Origin: Anaerolineaceae bacterium 4572_78
GTDB lineage: Bacteria; Chloroflexota; Anaerolineae; 4572-78
Direction: 5' to 3'
Assembly (NCBI GenBank): GCA_002084875.1
Contig: NBMH01000005.1
Span: forward strand, 27,284-91,283
Length of the DNA stretch: 64,000 nt
A program made the translations under genes and the position numbers. Positions 19,631-28,515 of this stretch are shown here, in pieces. Each line of letters starts with the position of its first letter. Within the stretch, counting starts at the first letter, position 1. A model generated the notes under the pieces. That model was given only the letters and a program-made list of their open reading frames with translations, did not search any database and was not told the DNA's origin.

Positions 19631-19636
19631 GCTGTC

Positions 19637-19699
19637 GTAGGGGCAGTCCTTGTGGTTGCCCTCATTACTTGGAGCGTCAAAGCTTGCTTTGACGCTCCA
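19637..19699. repeat. Degenerate R4 plus a short-form R1 palindrome
   Basis: GTAGGGGCAGTCCTTGTGGTTGCCCTCATTAC, then TGGAGCGTCAAAGCTTGCTTTGACGCTCCA (19670-19699). It lies between the secG stop and the SBP start. Confidence 0.85.
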
Positions 19700-19714
19700 G
19701 TAATCTTGATTATC

Positions 19715-21373
19715 ATGCAACAATATCTAAATTGGCAAGTGTTTATTGCATTGGGAGGCATATTATGTTTAGTAATATATCTCAATGCCATCAATATCAT
19801 TACCAGTCAAGAGCATCCCATCGAAGTTACACCAATCGGGCGTAGCATATACCGTGAAGGCATCGTGGATTTGCCTGTTTCATTCAACCCACTGCTAGAC
19901 ACAAATAATCCTATTGACCAAGATGTTGTACACTTTGTTTTTGAAGGTCTACTTCGGGAAGATGGTTTTGGCAACCTTGAACCTGTTTTGGCAAAAGACT
20001 GGCACATGTCCGAAGATGGAACAATGTATGAATTTGAGTTACATCAAAATATTCACTGGTCAGATGGTAAGCCCTTCACTTCCGACGATGTCATTTTTAC
20101 ATTGAACCTGTTGAAAAATCCCGACTTTCCTAGCAATCCCACATTTAAACAAGCCTGGAAAAATGTTGGCATCAAACAAATAGGACATACAATACAATTC
20201 ACCCTAGAAAATCATTTGCCTGTATTTCCTTACTACACCACCTTTAAAATATTACCGAAGCATATTTTAGAGGATGTACCTATTGAGGATTTTCTAACGC
20301 ATGACTTTAACTTATCTCCCATTGGAACAGGTCCCTTCAAGTTAGTTGAGGCAACCGATAAACATATTTTGCTAAACGTCAATGAATATCATCTCCGTAC
20401 TCGTCCTCACATGTCCGAAATTGAATTTAATATATACCATGATACCAATGCTCTAATTCAGGCATTTGTTGAAGAAGAAATTGATGCATTTGGTCAATAT
20501 ACACCACAAGTGCAACATCAGGTGAAATCAAATTCTATCACACAGACATCTTATCTGTCTCATGCTAATTTGTACAATGCTTCGCTACCTCGTTATAGCA
20601 TTATTTATTTTAATCTCCTATCAAAAGACACACTTTCATTTTTCCAAGAAGCTGATATTCGCCATGCACTTTTCATGGCAATAGACCGTCAAGCTATCAT
20701 TGACGAATTGCTTACCTCGCAGGCTTACATGGCGAATGGACCAATACCACTGTGGAATTGGGCTTATAATCATAACCAGTTATATCCTACGCATGATACA
20801 GAACAAGCGTTCAAATTGTTAGACCAAATGGGTTGGGTAGATACCGATGGGGATAGTGTTCGTGACAAAGATGGGGTGCCTTTTACATTTACTATGTTAG
20901 TAGTTGATGATGATGAACAAATTGCAATTGCCAAACAAATTAGCCAATATTGGCATGAAATTGGTATCGATTCTACAGTTGAGCCTGCTTATGAAACTTT
21001 GACAAGTCGCTTGCAAAACCATGATTTTGAAGCGGCGTTAGTTGAAATAAAATTGTTGGGTGACCCTAATCTGTATCCATTTTGGCATCAAAGTCAAATT
21101 GAAGAAGGACAAAATTTTGCGGGTTGGGATAATTCTGAGGCTTCAACAATTCTTGTAGAGGCTCAACAGGCAATAGAGAAATCGGACAGAATCATGCACT
21201 ATCTTGAGTTTCAACGTATCTTTGCCACAGAATTGCCTGCGATTGTACTGCACTATCCTGTTTATAATTATCTTGTACATGACAAGGTAAAAAATGTCCA
21301 ACTAACTCCATTGAACACACCCGCAGACCGATTTCGTACTTTTAGTGAATGGTATATTAAACTTGAAGAATGA
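19715..21373 (+). CDS. ABC transporter substrate-binding protein, family 5 (peptide/nickel type)
   Basis: The track ORF starts at 19652, inside an R1 palindrome. The in-frame ATG at 19715 gives MQQYLNWQVFIALGGILCLVIYL (signal/anchor). This is followed by LEPVLAKDWHMSEDGTMYEFELHQNIHWSDGKPFTSDDVIFTLN, which is typical of SBP_bac_5. Confidence 0.8.
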   Translation: MQQYLNWQVFIALGGILCLVIYLNAINIITSQEHPIEVTPIGRSIYREGIVDLPVSFNPLLDTNNPIDQDVVHFVFEGLLREDGFGNLEPVLAKDWHMSEDGTMYEFELHQNIHWSDGKPFTSDDVIFTLNLLKNPDFPSNPTFKQAWKNVGIKQIGHTIQFTLENHLPVFPYYTTFKILPKHILEDVPIEDFLTHDFNLSPIGTGPFKLVEATDKHILLNVNEYHLRTRPHMSEIEFNIYHDTNALIQAFVEEEIDAFGQYTPQVQHQVKSNSITQTSYLSHANLYNASLPRYSIIYFNLLSKDTLSFFQEADIRHALFMAIDRQAIIDELLTSQAYMANGPIPLWNWAYNHNQLYPTHDTEQAFKLLDQMGWVDTDGDSVRDKDGVPFTFTMLVVDDDEQIAIAKQISQYWHEIGIDSTVEPAYETLTSRLQNHDFEAALVEIKLLGDPNLYPFWHQSQIEEGQNFAGWDNSEASTILVEAQQAIEKSDRIMHYLEFQRIFATELPAIVLHYPVYNYLVHDKVKNVQLTPLNTPADRFRTFSEWYIKLEE

Positions 21374-21383
21374 CAAACAGCAC

Positions 21384-21433
21384 TGGAGTGAAAAAGCTTG
21401 CTTTTTCATGTCAAAGCAAGCTTTGACACTCCA
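21384..21433. repeat. Long-form R1 core
   Basis: TGGAGTGAAAAAGCTTGCTTTTTCATGTCAAAGCAAGCTTTGACACTCCA. It lies 11 nt after the SBP stop and 25 nt before the next ATG. Confidence 0.9.
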
Positions 21434-21457
21434 CATCAACTACTAAAGAAGTCCATC

Positions 21458-21964
21458 ATGACACACATAAAAATCATGAGCCTGGCTCAGGCAATTGCCC
21501 ATCGTCAAACGATAAAAACTTTAGTCTTTACTAATGGCATTTTTGATTTATTCCATGTGGGACATCTTACTTATTTAGAACAAGCTCGTGAATTGGGTAC
21601 AGCTCTTTTTGTGGGACTGAACAGCGACCAAAGCACCACTACTTTGAAGGGTCCAAAACGTCCCTTGATTTCAGAATCAGACCGAGCAAAACTCCTCGCC
21701 AGTCTTGAATGTGTGGCTGGGGTGATTATCTTTGGTGAACTGACTGTTCATCAGCTTATTGATAAATTACGTCCTGAGATTTATGTCAAAGGTGGCGATT
21801 ATGCTTTGCCTTCAGCCGATGACGACCAGTCCTCATCTAAACCCGTTTTACATGAAGCATCCCTTGTTTACAATTACGGCGGTCAAGTAATACTGATTCC
21901 ATATCAAGCAGGGTATTCTACTACGGAACTCATTGACCGTATTGTTGAGCGATATTGTGAGTAG
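21458..21964 (+). CDS. D-glycero-beta-D-manno-heptose-1-phosphate adenylyltransferase-like cytidylyltransferase (RfaE domain II type)
   Basis: The track ORF starts at 21398, inside an R1 copy (MLFHVKASFD..). The in-frame ATG at 21458 precedes VFTNGIFDLFHVGHLTYLEQARELG..VGLNSDQS..LKGPKRPL..YVKGGDY. Confidence 0.75.
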   Translation: MTHIKIMSLAQAIAHRQTIKTLVFTNGIFDLFHVGHLTYLEQARELGTALFVGLNSDQSTTTLKGPKRPLISESDRAKLLASLECVAGVIIFGELTVHQLIDKLRPEIYVKGGDYALPSADDDQSSSKPVLHEASLVYNYGGQVILIPYQAGYSTTELIDRIVERYCE

Positions 21965-23390
21965 CGAACGACATGGTTTTGTCAAAGTTGTCCCACGCCA
22001 ATTTTATGATTTACTGGTCGGAGGCATGATTAGCAGTGCTTTAGTTCCTGTTTTTTCAGAATATGCCGAACATGATAAAACTATCTTATGGCATATCGCC
22101 AGTTTAATCCTTTCCCTTACCACAATTGTCTTAATTATTTTCGTTATCTTGGCTCAACTTTTTGCTCCGCAGATTGCATGGCTACTCGGCGGCGATGAGT
22201 TAGATTTGGTGTTGCTTACACATCTTTTACGAATTACCATGCCCGCCATGCTTTTCCTAAGTTTATCAGGAATTGTAACAGGATTACTGTATGCCCTCAA
22301 GCGATTTGTCCTACCCGCATTTACAGCAGCCACCTTTAACGCTTCCATTGTTACTGTAACCTTAATCGGTGTGCTTATTTTTAAACAAGGGATTGAAGTC
22401 ATAGCTATTGGACTTGTTATAGGTTCGATATTACAACTTGTGATTCAACTCCCAGGTTTACGCCAAGCGACTTTGCGATTTCGGGTTGACATGCATCATG
22501 CTATCCTAAGACAAATTGGGCGTTTGTATCAACCAGTTATTTTAGGTCTAGTTGTCACTCTTTTTCAAACATCACTCGACAGGCGACTAGCTAATAGCAT
22601 TGCCGAATCAACCTTAGCTTGGATGCAAAACGCTACTACATTAATTCAATTTCCTATTGGCTTAGTATCGGTGGCTATCTCCTTAGCAATTTTACCAACC
22701 CTTTCTCGCCAAGCATCCCAAAAAAATATCGCCTTCATGTGTACTCTTACCAGTGGTTTAAAACTTGTTCTCATCTTGATTATTCCATCAACCGTTGCAT
22801 TATTTATTTTAGCAGAGCCGATTATTGCCTTGCTATTTGAACATGGTGCATTTACCACATATGACACCATGCAAACTGCATTAGCGTTACGATTTTATCT
22901 GGTTGGATTGATATTTGCCGCCGTTGACCAACCACTCATTTTTGCCTTTTATGCTCGTCAAGACACCTTCACTCCAGCAATGGTAGGCATTATTTCCGTT
23001 GGCATTTATCTATTATTTGCCCTCAGTCCCATGTTAATACGCCCTCTACAGATGACCGATTTGATTTTCGCCGACAGCATGAAACATGTGGGACATGTTA
23101 TCATGATGCTATGGCTGACGAACTGTTTTGGCAAAATAAGAGGACATGGCTTGACACTAACAATGTTCAAATCATTTACGGCAGCTATAGTGATGGGGAC
23201 AACCTTGTGGGTATTGCAACACGGTTTGCATGTCATTTTCCCAACCACTCATTTTTTTAATGAAGTGTTGATTGTCGGTATTTTGTTTGTTGTGGGTGGG
23301 GTGGTGTATTTGGGAATCATTTTATTATTGAAAGTAGATGAGATGACTTTATTAATGAATATCATCAAAGATAAAATGATTAATCACTAA
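21933..23390 (+). CDS. murJ: Lipid II flippase MurJ/MviN family; the N-terminus appears short
   Basis: 485 aa, polytopic. ..LLVGGMISSALVPVFSEY.. corresponds to the end of TM2 in MurJ proteins. Only about 15 codons precede the conserved region, and the ORF (TTG start) overlaps the upstream gene by 32 nt. Confidence 0.75.
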   Translation: MTVLLSDIVSSERHGFVKVVPRQFYDLLVGGMISSALVPVFSEYAEHDKTILWHIASLILSLTTIVLIIFVILAQLFAPQIAWLLGGDELDLVLLTHLLRITMPAMLFLSLSGIVTGLLYALKRFVLPAFTAATFNASIVTVTLIGVLIFKQGIEVIAIGLVIGSILQLVIQLPGLRQATLRFRVDMHHAILRQIGRLYQPVILGLVVTLFQTSLDRRLANSIAESTLAWMQNATTLIQFPIGLVSVAISLAILPTLSRQASQKNIAFMCTLTSGLKLVLILIIPSTVALFILAEPIIALLFEHGAFTTYDTMQTALALRFYLVGLIFAAVDQPLIFAFYARQDTFTPAMVGIISVGIYLLFALSPMLIRPLQMTDLIFADSMKHVGHVIMMLWLTNCFGKIRGHGLTLTMFKSFTAAIVMGTTLWVLQHGLHVIFPTTHFFNEVLIVGILFVVGGVVYLGIILLLKVDEMTLLMNIIKDKMINH

Positions 23391-23455
23391 TTACCGTCCA
23401 TCATAACATCAAACAATAAAGGTTTTTTGGGAATCGATAAGAAAAAACCGCATCC

Positions 23456-23494
23456 GCACCTTGAGGGAGCAGTAGCTCCTTCAAGGAACGGTGC
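23456..23494. terminator. Hairpin between the convergent genes murJ and the 1513-aa gene
   Basis: CCTTGAGGGAGC (23459-23470), loop AGTA, then GCTCCTTCAAGG (23475-23486), with one G.U pair. The stem is extended by GCACC/GGTGC. On the minus strand a T6 run follows about 13 nt later. Confidence 0.4.
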
Positions 23495-23509
23495 TAAACG
23501 TTGGTTGCC

Positions 23510-26500
23510 TTATTTCAAAATAATCGGCAAATAAATATACTCACTGTTAACAGGTAATGTTACTTCTTCCATTTCCTGAGAGCTCATCATTGTCCAACAA
23601 GAAAAATGATTAATTTGAGCCGTGATGCGGTTTGCTTCTTTATCTATACTAACACTATCTACACCCGCCCAAGCACTAATATCGGCAGAAAGGAAAGCAA
23701 TGGATAAATCATCTTCATTAATACCGAGTGATTCCAATTCATTCTTTGTGTAGTACCAAGTCATAATGATATTAGTATTAAAATCACTGACAATTTGTTT
23801 ACCACTACTATTCTCATAAACAGAAAAATAATAACTGTATCGCAAGGGACGAGACAGACGAGTATTTAACAAATTATCAACGGAGGGAGTAATTGAAATG
23901 CGAACAGTATCAGTAGTGGGCATTGCTCCACCAGGAATTTCAATGTGAGTACCATCATCAAGGGTGTACGACCACCCAACAGCAGGATCAAAGGTATCTA
24001 CCACACCTTCGGGAAAACTGTTTGGAGCTTGTTGCATGACAATATCAGCTGTCTGATTGGTGGTAGACATGACAACCGTAGTTGGGGTTATTGTTTCGTA
24101 GTAAATGGCACTATTTTCAGGATTATAGTTTGCTCCGATGTACCATGTTGTACCTGTTACTACATTTAAGGTAAAATCGCCAGTTGAGTCGGTGCGGGTG
24201 CTGGTATGGTGTCCATCTTTTGACCATGCCCAGACTAATGATTCAGGGGCAAGTGTTTTTGTGCCTTGTTCAAGGTAATATGCAGTACCTAGAATTGTTC
24301 CCCCTTTTTCCTTAAATTGCAAAGTCAAGCTAATAACAGAATTTGCTGTAGGTGTTATCACTTGCATGGTTGGTTGCATCATGTCCCAATGGATGGGCCC
24401 ATAAGCACCCACTTGATACGGAATACCTGAGGGGACATGCATTTCAAAATAACCGTTCCCTTCGCTATCATCCTCAATAAAGATTTCAGGATATGTTTCA
24501 GAACCAGCATAATAAGCCCAGACTTGGGCAAAGTTTTGATTATCTCCGTCGGGGTTTTTGATAATGCCTCTAATGGTGCTATCAGCTAACAGGACTGTAA
24601 AATTTTGGGTAGCAGTACTGCTATGGGTAATAACAACCGATTCATTTGGAATGGCATACTTGAGATATTGGGTGGAAACTAGCGAATAACCTAAATGCCA
24701 TGTGCCTGCTGAAACAGGCAATTCGTATTGACCTGTATTGGCATCAATTCTAGTTACTTGCCATGCTCCTTCGTCACTTAGGGCAAAGACTTCGCCTTTT
24801 AGATTACTGACAGCTTCTTCTTCACCTGTAGCATTACGGGTGTAAAATTCACCCTGAATAATACTATCATTTGATAATAGGGTAAAGGTAACGGTATAGG
24901 TTTCTTGTTGTGTTGATGGTTTGTGCGGTAAGGAAACCTCATCTGGAGCGTCAAACTCTGGTTTGACAGTCAAGGCAAGAAAGGTTTTCGAAAACCTTTC
25001 TTGTCTGACCATTATCCCATGCCCTCGTTGAACAGGGGTCTCCTGATGCTCCTCTCCTTCAAAGGGGAGGGGTTGGGGTGGAATCTTTGCTACATCAATC
25101 GCTTGCTCTTGACTGATTGAATAGCCACTATTAGGAGCTAACCATATCCCAATTTGATATGTCCCTTGTGGTACATTCATGCTAAACTGACCGTTTTCAA
25201 TTGGACTGGCGGCAAGTGGTCTTAGTTTATCAGACTCACGAGCATAAGCCCAACCATCCACATCAATTAATGGCACTCCATTGGCATCATGCACATGTCC
25301 TTGAATGACATTAGAGGTTGGTGTCAATTCAAAATCAACTGTTGCAGTCATGTCTTTTGTAACTTTAATACGTTGAGGTGGTTGGCTAACGTAAGTCGAG
25401 GTGTAAGGAGGTGTTACTTGCACTAGCCATTCTTTAGCTTGGGCATATATTGAAGATTGTTGATTATCATCTGCGGCTACTACAGCAATGTGATATTTGC
25501 CATCTGCATCAGTTAAGGTAGAAATGGAATCGCCATGATGTTGCCAGACATGCACCATAACATTGCTAACAGGTATATCATCATCACTACGTATCACCTG
25601 TCCCATGATAACCGATGTTTTATTTTGCAATTGAATCACCCCAATATCATTTGTGCGTCCCACATCCACATCAAGTGGCGAGACAAAAGGAGCATGCCAA
25701 TTGGGATACTTGGTCTCATCAATTTCAATGTCAACATTATACACCCCAGCCACCACAGGAACAGTAAAGTTGCCACTGAAATCTACAGGGGCAATATTAA
25801 ACATGCCTCCATCTGTGTCATAGACAGTGATAGAGATTGCTTTGCGAGGAATGATTGGCGGACCTTGTATCTGACCAATAATAGTGGCATCAGTGTCTTG
25901 TACAATAAAATCGGCTTGTTTTTCTTCAGGGGAATTATCATCAGCAAACTGAACTATCTGCGTTTCATCGGCAAACATCCATTCAACTGCTCCATGATTA
26001 AAGATAGGGTATACGCTTACTTCCCAAGTACCGGGCGAAGCAGTCAGTTCAAATTCACCATTTTTATTGGTGAGGACATGTATCCAATTCCAATCTTCTT
26101 GCTGAACGGCAACTACTGCCACATGCTCAACAGCGTTTTGACTTGGTATTGCCACCACACTACCGACAATGCGTTTGAGGGATTGCTCAAAGCTAATACC
26201 ACCTAAATCTACCATGTAATTGGTATCCGTAATTACAAAAAGTTTAGCGGGTGGAGGAAGTAATCCCATGCCACCTGCTCCCCAAGGTGATGACACTTCT
26301 ACGGTGTAACTTCCAGTTGGCAGTCCACCAAATTGAAAATTTCCGTCTTGCCGACTTATGGTATGTTCCAAAACCGAATAATCATGGTTGTAAACATGAA
26401 TTATAGCTTTATGAACTGAATTACTATCAAAATCAACCACATGTCCCCGTACACTAACTTTGGTTAGGGTTAGAGGGTTTGTAAGTTCAATCGTTTTTGT

Positions 26501-28051
26501 TTCGGTGATGACCTGAAAGACCACCTCCGATTGGGCATAATTTTGATATGTTTCATTTTGCGGAGGGTATGCTTGAATAAACCATTCGCCAGGCATAAGA
26601 TTGGTTATTTGAAAATTACCTGTTTGGTCAGTAATGCTAGTTTTGGGGTGCATATCATTTTCTGATAAGGCTCCAACTACCCCTCCTACAACAGGTGAAC
26701 CATCGGGTAAAACCACCCGTCCTAAAATTGAGGTAGATAATTGTTCTTCTAAATAGAAGTCAATATTTTTGGTTATGGTATAAACCGTAACGATATCGGC
26801 TGACCATTCATTAAATTGATGGTCATAAAACTGCATGCCATATCCTAGAACATCTATCCATACTTTGTAATCCCCTGCTAAGAGATTGCTAATGGTATAC
26901 GTTCCTGTGGCATCAAATTCTGTGGTCTCACTTTGCCATACACCATCGCCAGGTAATAATGTTGTATTGCTAATTGATACTGCTCTGACAGTTCCATGTG
27001 TAATGGGCATAGTGCCATCCACATTTGTGGCTCTACCTGATATTTTCGCCTCAATTGGCAGATAAAAATTAGTACCTCTTACAATTCCATCTGAAACAAT
27101 AACAATGCTAGGATTACTCAAATCAAAGATATTGTTGTATGCCATTGGGATATAGCCTGATGCTTGTACTAAGACATGGTATTCCCCAGCAGTTAAATTT
27201 GTGAAGGTATAATGCCCACTGGCATTAACTTGAATAAAATCAATGACACCATCTGTAACGCGTTCTATAAAAACAGTGGCATTGGTAATGGGGTTATGGT
27301 TAATATCATGCACTCGCCCAGCAATACCGCGTTGAGGCTCTAAGGTAAAGTTTTTATTGGTAGCGGTCATGCCGACCGTAATTGTTACCTCATCAGCCGT
27401 AGCCCAACTAGGCTTGTTATTATAAAATTGAGGTACAAAACTAGGTGCAGTAGCAAGCAATTTATATTGTCCAACAGCTAAACCTTTAATGGCATAAGTG
27501 CCATCACTGTTAACAAATTCACCCATCCATGGGGTGGTGTTAGGATCTTCAGTAATATTTTTAGCAGAGACGATAACATTTGTTATAGGAATAGATGAAT
27601 CTACAGTCCCTACAACAGAACCACCAGCCCCAAGAATAAAATTAATATCATTGGCAACCGACTGGTTTGTGGTTACGGTTATAAGCGTTGCCTGCTGAGG
27701 ATAGTAGGCATCAGGAAAATCGCTTGAGTAAAACTCGGAGGCGTACCCAAATTTTCCGACGCGGACATAGTAGTTCCCTTCTTCTGAAATCATGAGGGCA
27801 TAATCCCCTTCATTGTCGGTGGTGGTGGTAACTACTGGAGTTTGAGCATTGGGTAATAAAGCTATTACGGTAACACCAGGAATAACCATATCGGAATTAT
27901 CAAAAATTTGTCCGTTTATACTTCCAATATTTTCAGTGATATTTTCTTCTCCTTTGACGGTAAGAGTATTGCTAGAGAATAATATCAAAAGTAAAAGTAT
28001 AAAGCTTGTGCCTAAAGAGAGTGAAAAAATAAATGATTTAAGTGTTTTCAT
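23510..28051 (-). CDS. Large secreted protein built from many carboxypeptidase-regulatory-like / Ig-like beta-sandwich repeats
   Basis: 1513 aa. N-terminal signal-like MKTLKSFIFSLSLGTSFILLLLILF. It has many (roughly 15-20) repeats of the type G.V.D..G.P+.GA.V......T.TD.NG.Y.+..L..G.Y. It ends in ..SEYIYLPIILK*. It contains an in-frame repeat-element insert at 24943-25082. Confidence 0.7.
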   Translation of the reverse strand: MKTLKSFIFSLSLGTSFILLLLILFSSNTLTVKGEENITENIGSINGQIFDNSDMVIPGVTVIALLPNAQTPVVTTTTDNEGDYALMISEEGNYYVRVGKFGYASEFYSSDFPDAYYPQQATLITVTTNQSVANDINFILGAGGSVVGTVDSSIPITNVIVSAKNITEDPNTTPWMGEFVNSDGTYAIKGLAVGQYKLLATAPSFVPQFYNNKPSWATADEVTITVGMTATNKNFTLEPQRGIAGRVHDINHNPITNATVFIERVTDGVIDFIQVNASGHYTFTNLTAGEYHVLVQASGYIPMAYNNIFDLSNPSIVIVSDGIVRGTNFYLPIEAKISGRATNVDGTMPITHGTVRAVSISNTTLLPGDGVWQSETTEFDATGTYTISNLLAGDYKVWIDVLGYGMQFYDHQFNEWSADIVTVYTITKNIDFYLEEQLSTSILGRVVLPDGSPVVGGVVGALSENDMHPKTSITDQTGNFQITNLMPGEWFIQAYPPQNETYQNYAQSEVVFQVITETKTIELTNPLTLTKVSVRGHVVDFDSNSVHKAIIHVYNHDYSVLEHTISRQDGNFQFGGLPTGSYTVEVSSPWGAGGMGLLPPPAKLFVITDTNYMVDLGGISFEQSLKRIVGSVVAIPSQNAVEHVAVVAVQQEDWNWIHVLTNKNGEFELTASPGTWEVSVYPIFNHGAVEWMFADETQIVQFADDNSPEEKQADFIVQDTDATIIGQIQGPPIIPRKAISITVYDTDGGMFNIAPVDFSGNFTVPVVAGVYNVDIEIDETKYPNWHAPFVSPLDVDVGRTNDIGVIQLQNKTSVIMGQVIRSDDDIPVSNVMVHVWQHHGDSISTLTDADGKYHIAVVAADDNQQSSIYAQAKEWLVQVTPPYTSTYVSQPPQRIKVTKDMTATVDFELTPTSNVIQGHVHDANGVPLIDVDGWAYARESDKLRPLAASPIENGQFSMNVPQGTYQIGIWLAPNSGYSISQEQAIDVAKIPPQPLPFEGEEHQETPVQRGHGIMVRQERFSKTFLALTVKPEFDAPDEVSLPHKPSTQQETYTVTFTLLSNDSIIQGEFYTRNATGEEEAVSNLKGEVFALSDEGAWQVTRIDANTGQYELPVSAGTWHLGYSLVSTQYLKYAIPNESVVITHSSTATQNFTVLLADSTIRGIIKNPDGDNQNFAQVWAYYAGSETYPEIFIEDDSEGNGYFEMHVPSGIPYQVGAYGPIHWDMMQPTMQVITPTANSVISLTLQFKEKGGTILGTAYYLEQGTKTLAPESLVWAWSKDGHHTSTRTDSTGDFTLNVVTGTTWYIGANYNPENSAIYYETITPTTVVMSTTNQTADIVMQQAPNSFPEGVVDTFDPAVGWSYTLDDGTHIEIPGGAMPTTDTVRISITPSVDNLLNTRLSRPLRYSYYFSVYENSSGKQIVSDFNTNIIMTWYYTKNELESLGINEDDLSIAFLSADISAWAGVDSVSIDKEANRITAQINHFSCWTMMSSQEMEEVTLPVNSEYIYLPIILK
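24943..25082. repeat. Composite R1 variant, R2a, TIR-like and R3 insert inside the 1513-aa CDS, read through in frame
   Basis: CTGGAGCGTCAAACTCTGGTTTGACAG, then CAAGAAAGGTTTTCGAAAACCTTTCTTG, then CGTTGAACAGGGG, then CTCCTCTCCTTCAAAGGGGAGGGGTTGGGGTGG. The minus-strand translation is IPPQPLPFEGEEHQETPVQRGHGIMVRQERFSKTFLALTVKPEFDAPD. Confidence 0.85.
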
Positions 28052-28221
28052 TATTTGTTTTCCTTTCGTTAATTAATAATAAGAGCTATGATTTATAAAA
28101 TAAAAAGCTAAACCTTTCTCTAAATATATTGGGATATACCTCCTTTCAAGTTTGATATACAAAAAACGTGTAACTGTTTACCTCGCCCCAATATGGAGCG
28201 GGGAATTAGGAGAAAGGAATC

Positions 28222-28515
28222 TTACTCCTTTTTTCCTCGTAGGGGAAGGGACTGGGGGTTGAGGTCTGTTTGCTCCCATGCCTGCAAAATTTCCCGATTG
28301 ACAGACACATTACCTAAAAACGACTCCCGCCAAGCATCATTCCCAACCCTATCCGCTTTTTCCATCAACAAAGCATGAGCCTCTTTCAAGGTAACTTGAG
28401 CCTGCTCATCAAGACCTGCTTTTTGAAATACCCGATACACAGTCAGATAAACATGCAAGGAGTCTTCAATACCTTTAATGCCATGCTCTGCCAGCCAGTA
28501 TTGAATTTGCCTCAT
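28222..28515 (-). CDS. C-terminal fragment of the cyclase-STAND-TPR protein, in a shifted frame
   Basis: The 97-aa ORF MRQIQYWLAEHG..AHALLMEKADRVGNDAWRESFLGNVSVNREILQAWE looks like the usual tail of TPR-type STAND regulators. It overlaps the end of ORF 28475-32377 by 41 nt in another frame. Its last 12 codons lie in an R3 G-rich module. Confidence 0.6.
   Translation of the reverse strand: MRQIQYWLAEHGIKGIEDSLHVYLTVYRVFQKAGLDEQAQVTLKEAHALLMEKADRVGNDAWRESFLGNVSVNREILQAWEQTDLNPQSLPLRGKKE
28235..28266. repeat. R3 G-rich module forming the last codons of ORF 28222-28515
   Basis: CCTCGTAGGGGAAGGGACTGGGGGTTGAGGTC. It encodes ..DLNPQSLPLRG.., and the last two codons (KE) and the stop follow just outside the module. 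Confidence 0.7.

Noticed and set aside
25535-26206. Long antisense ORFs inside strongly supported genes: 25535-26206 (223 aa), 3446-3814, 11611-12018, 31062-31451, 48163-48624 and 61114-61569.
   Set aside because: Each lies wholly within a gene on the opposite strand that has clear family motifs. Their sequences are low-complexity or hydrophobic, as is typical of shadow ORFs.
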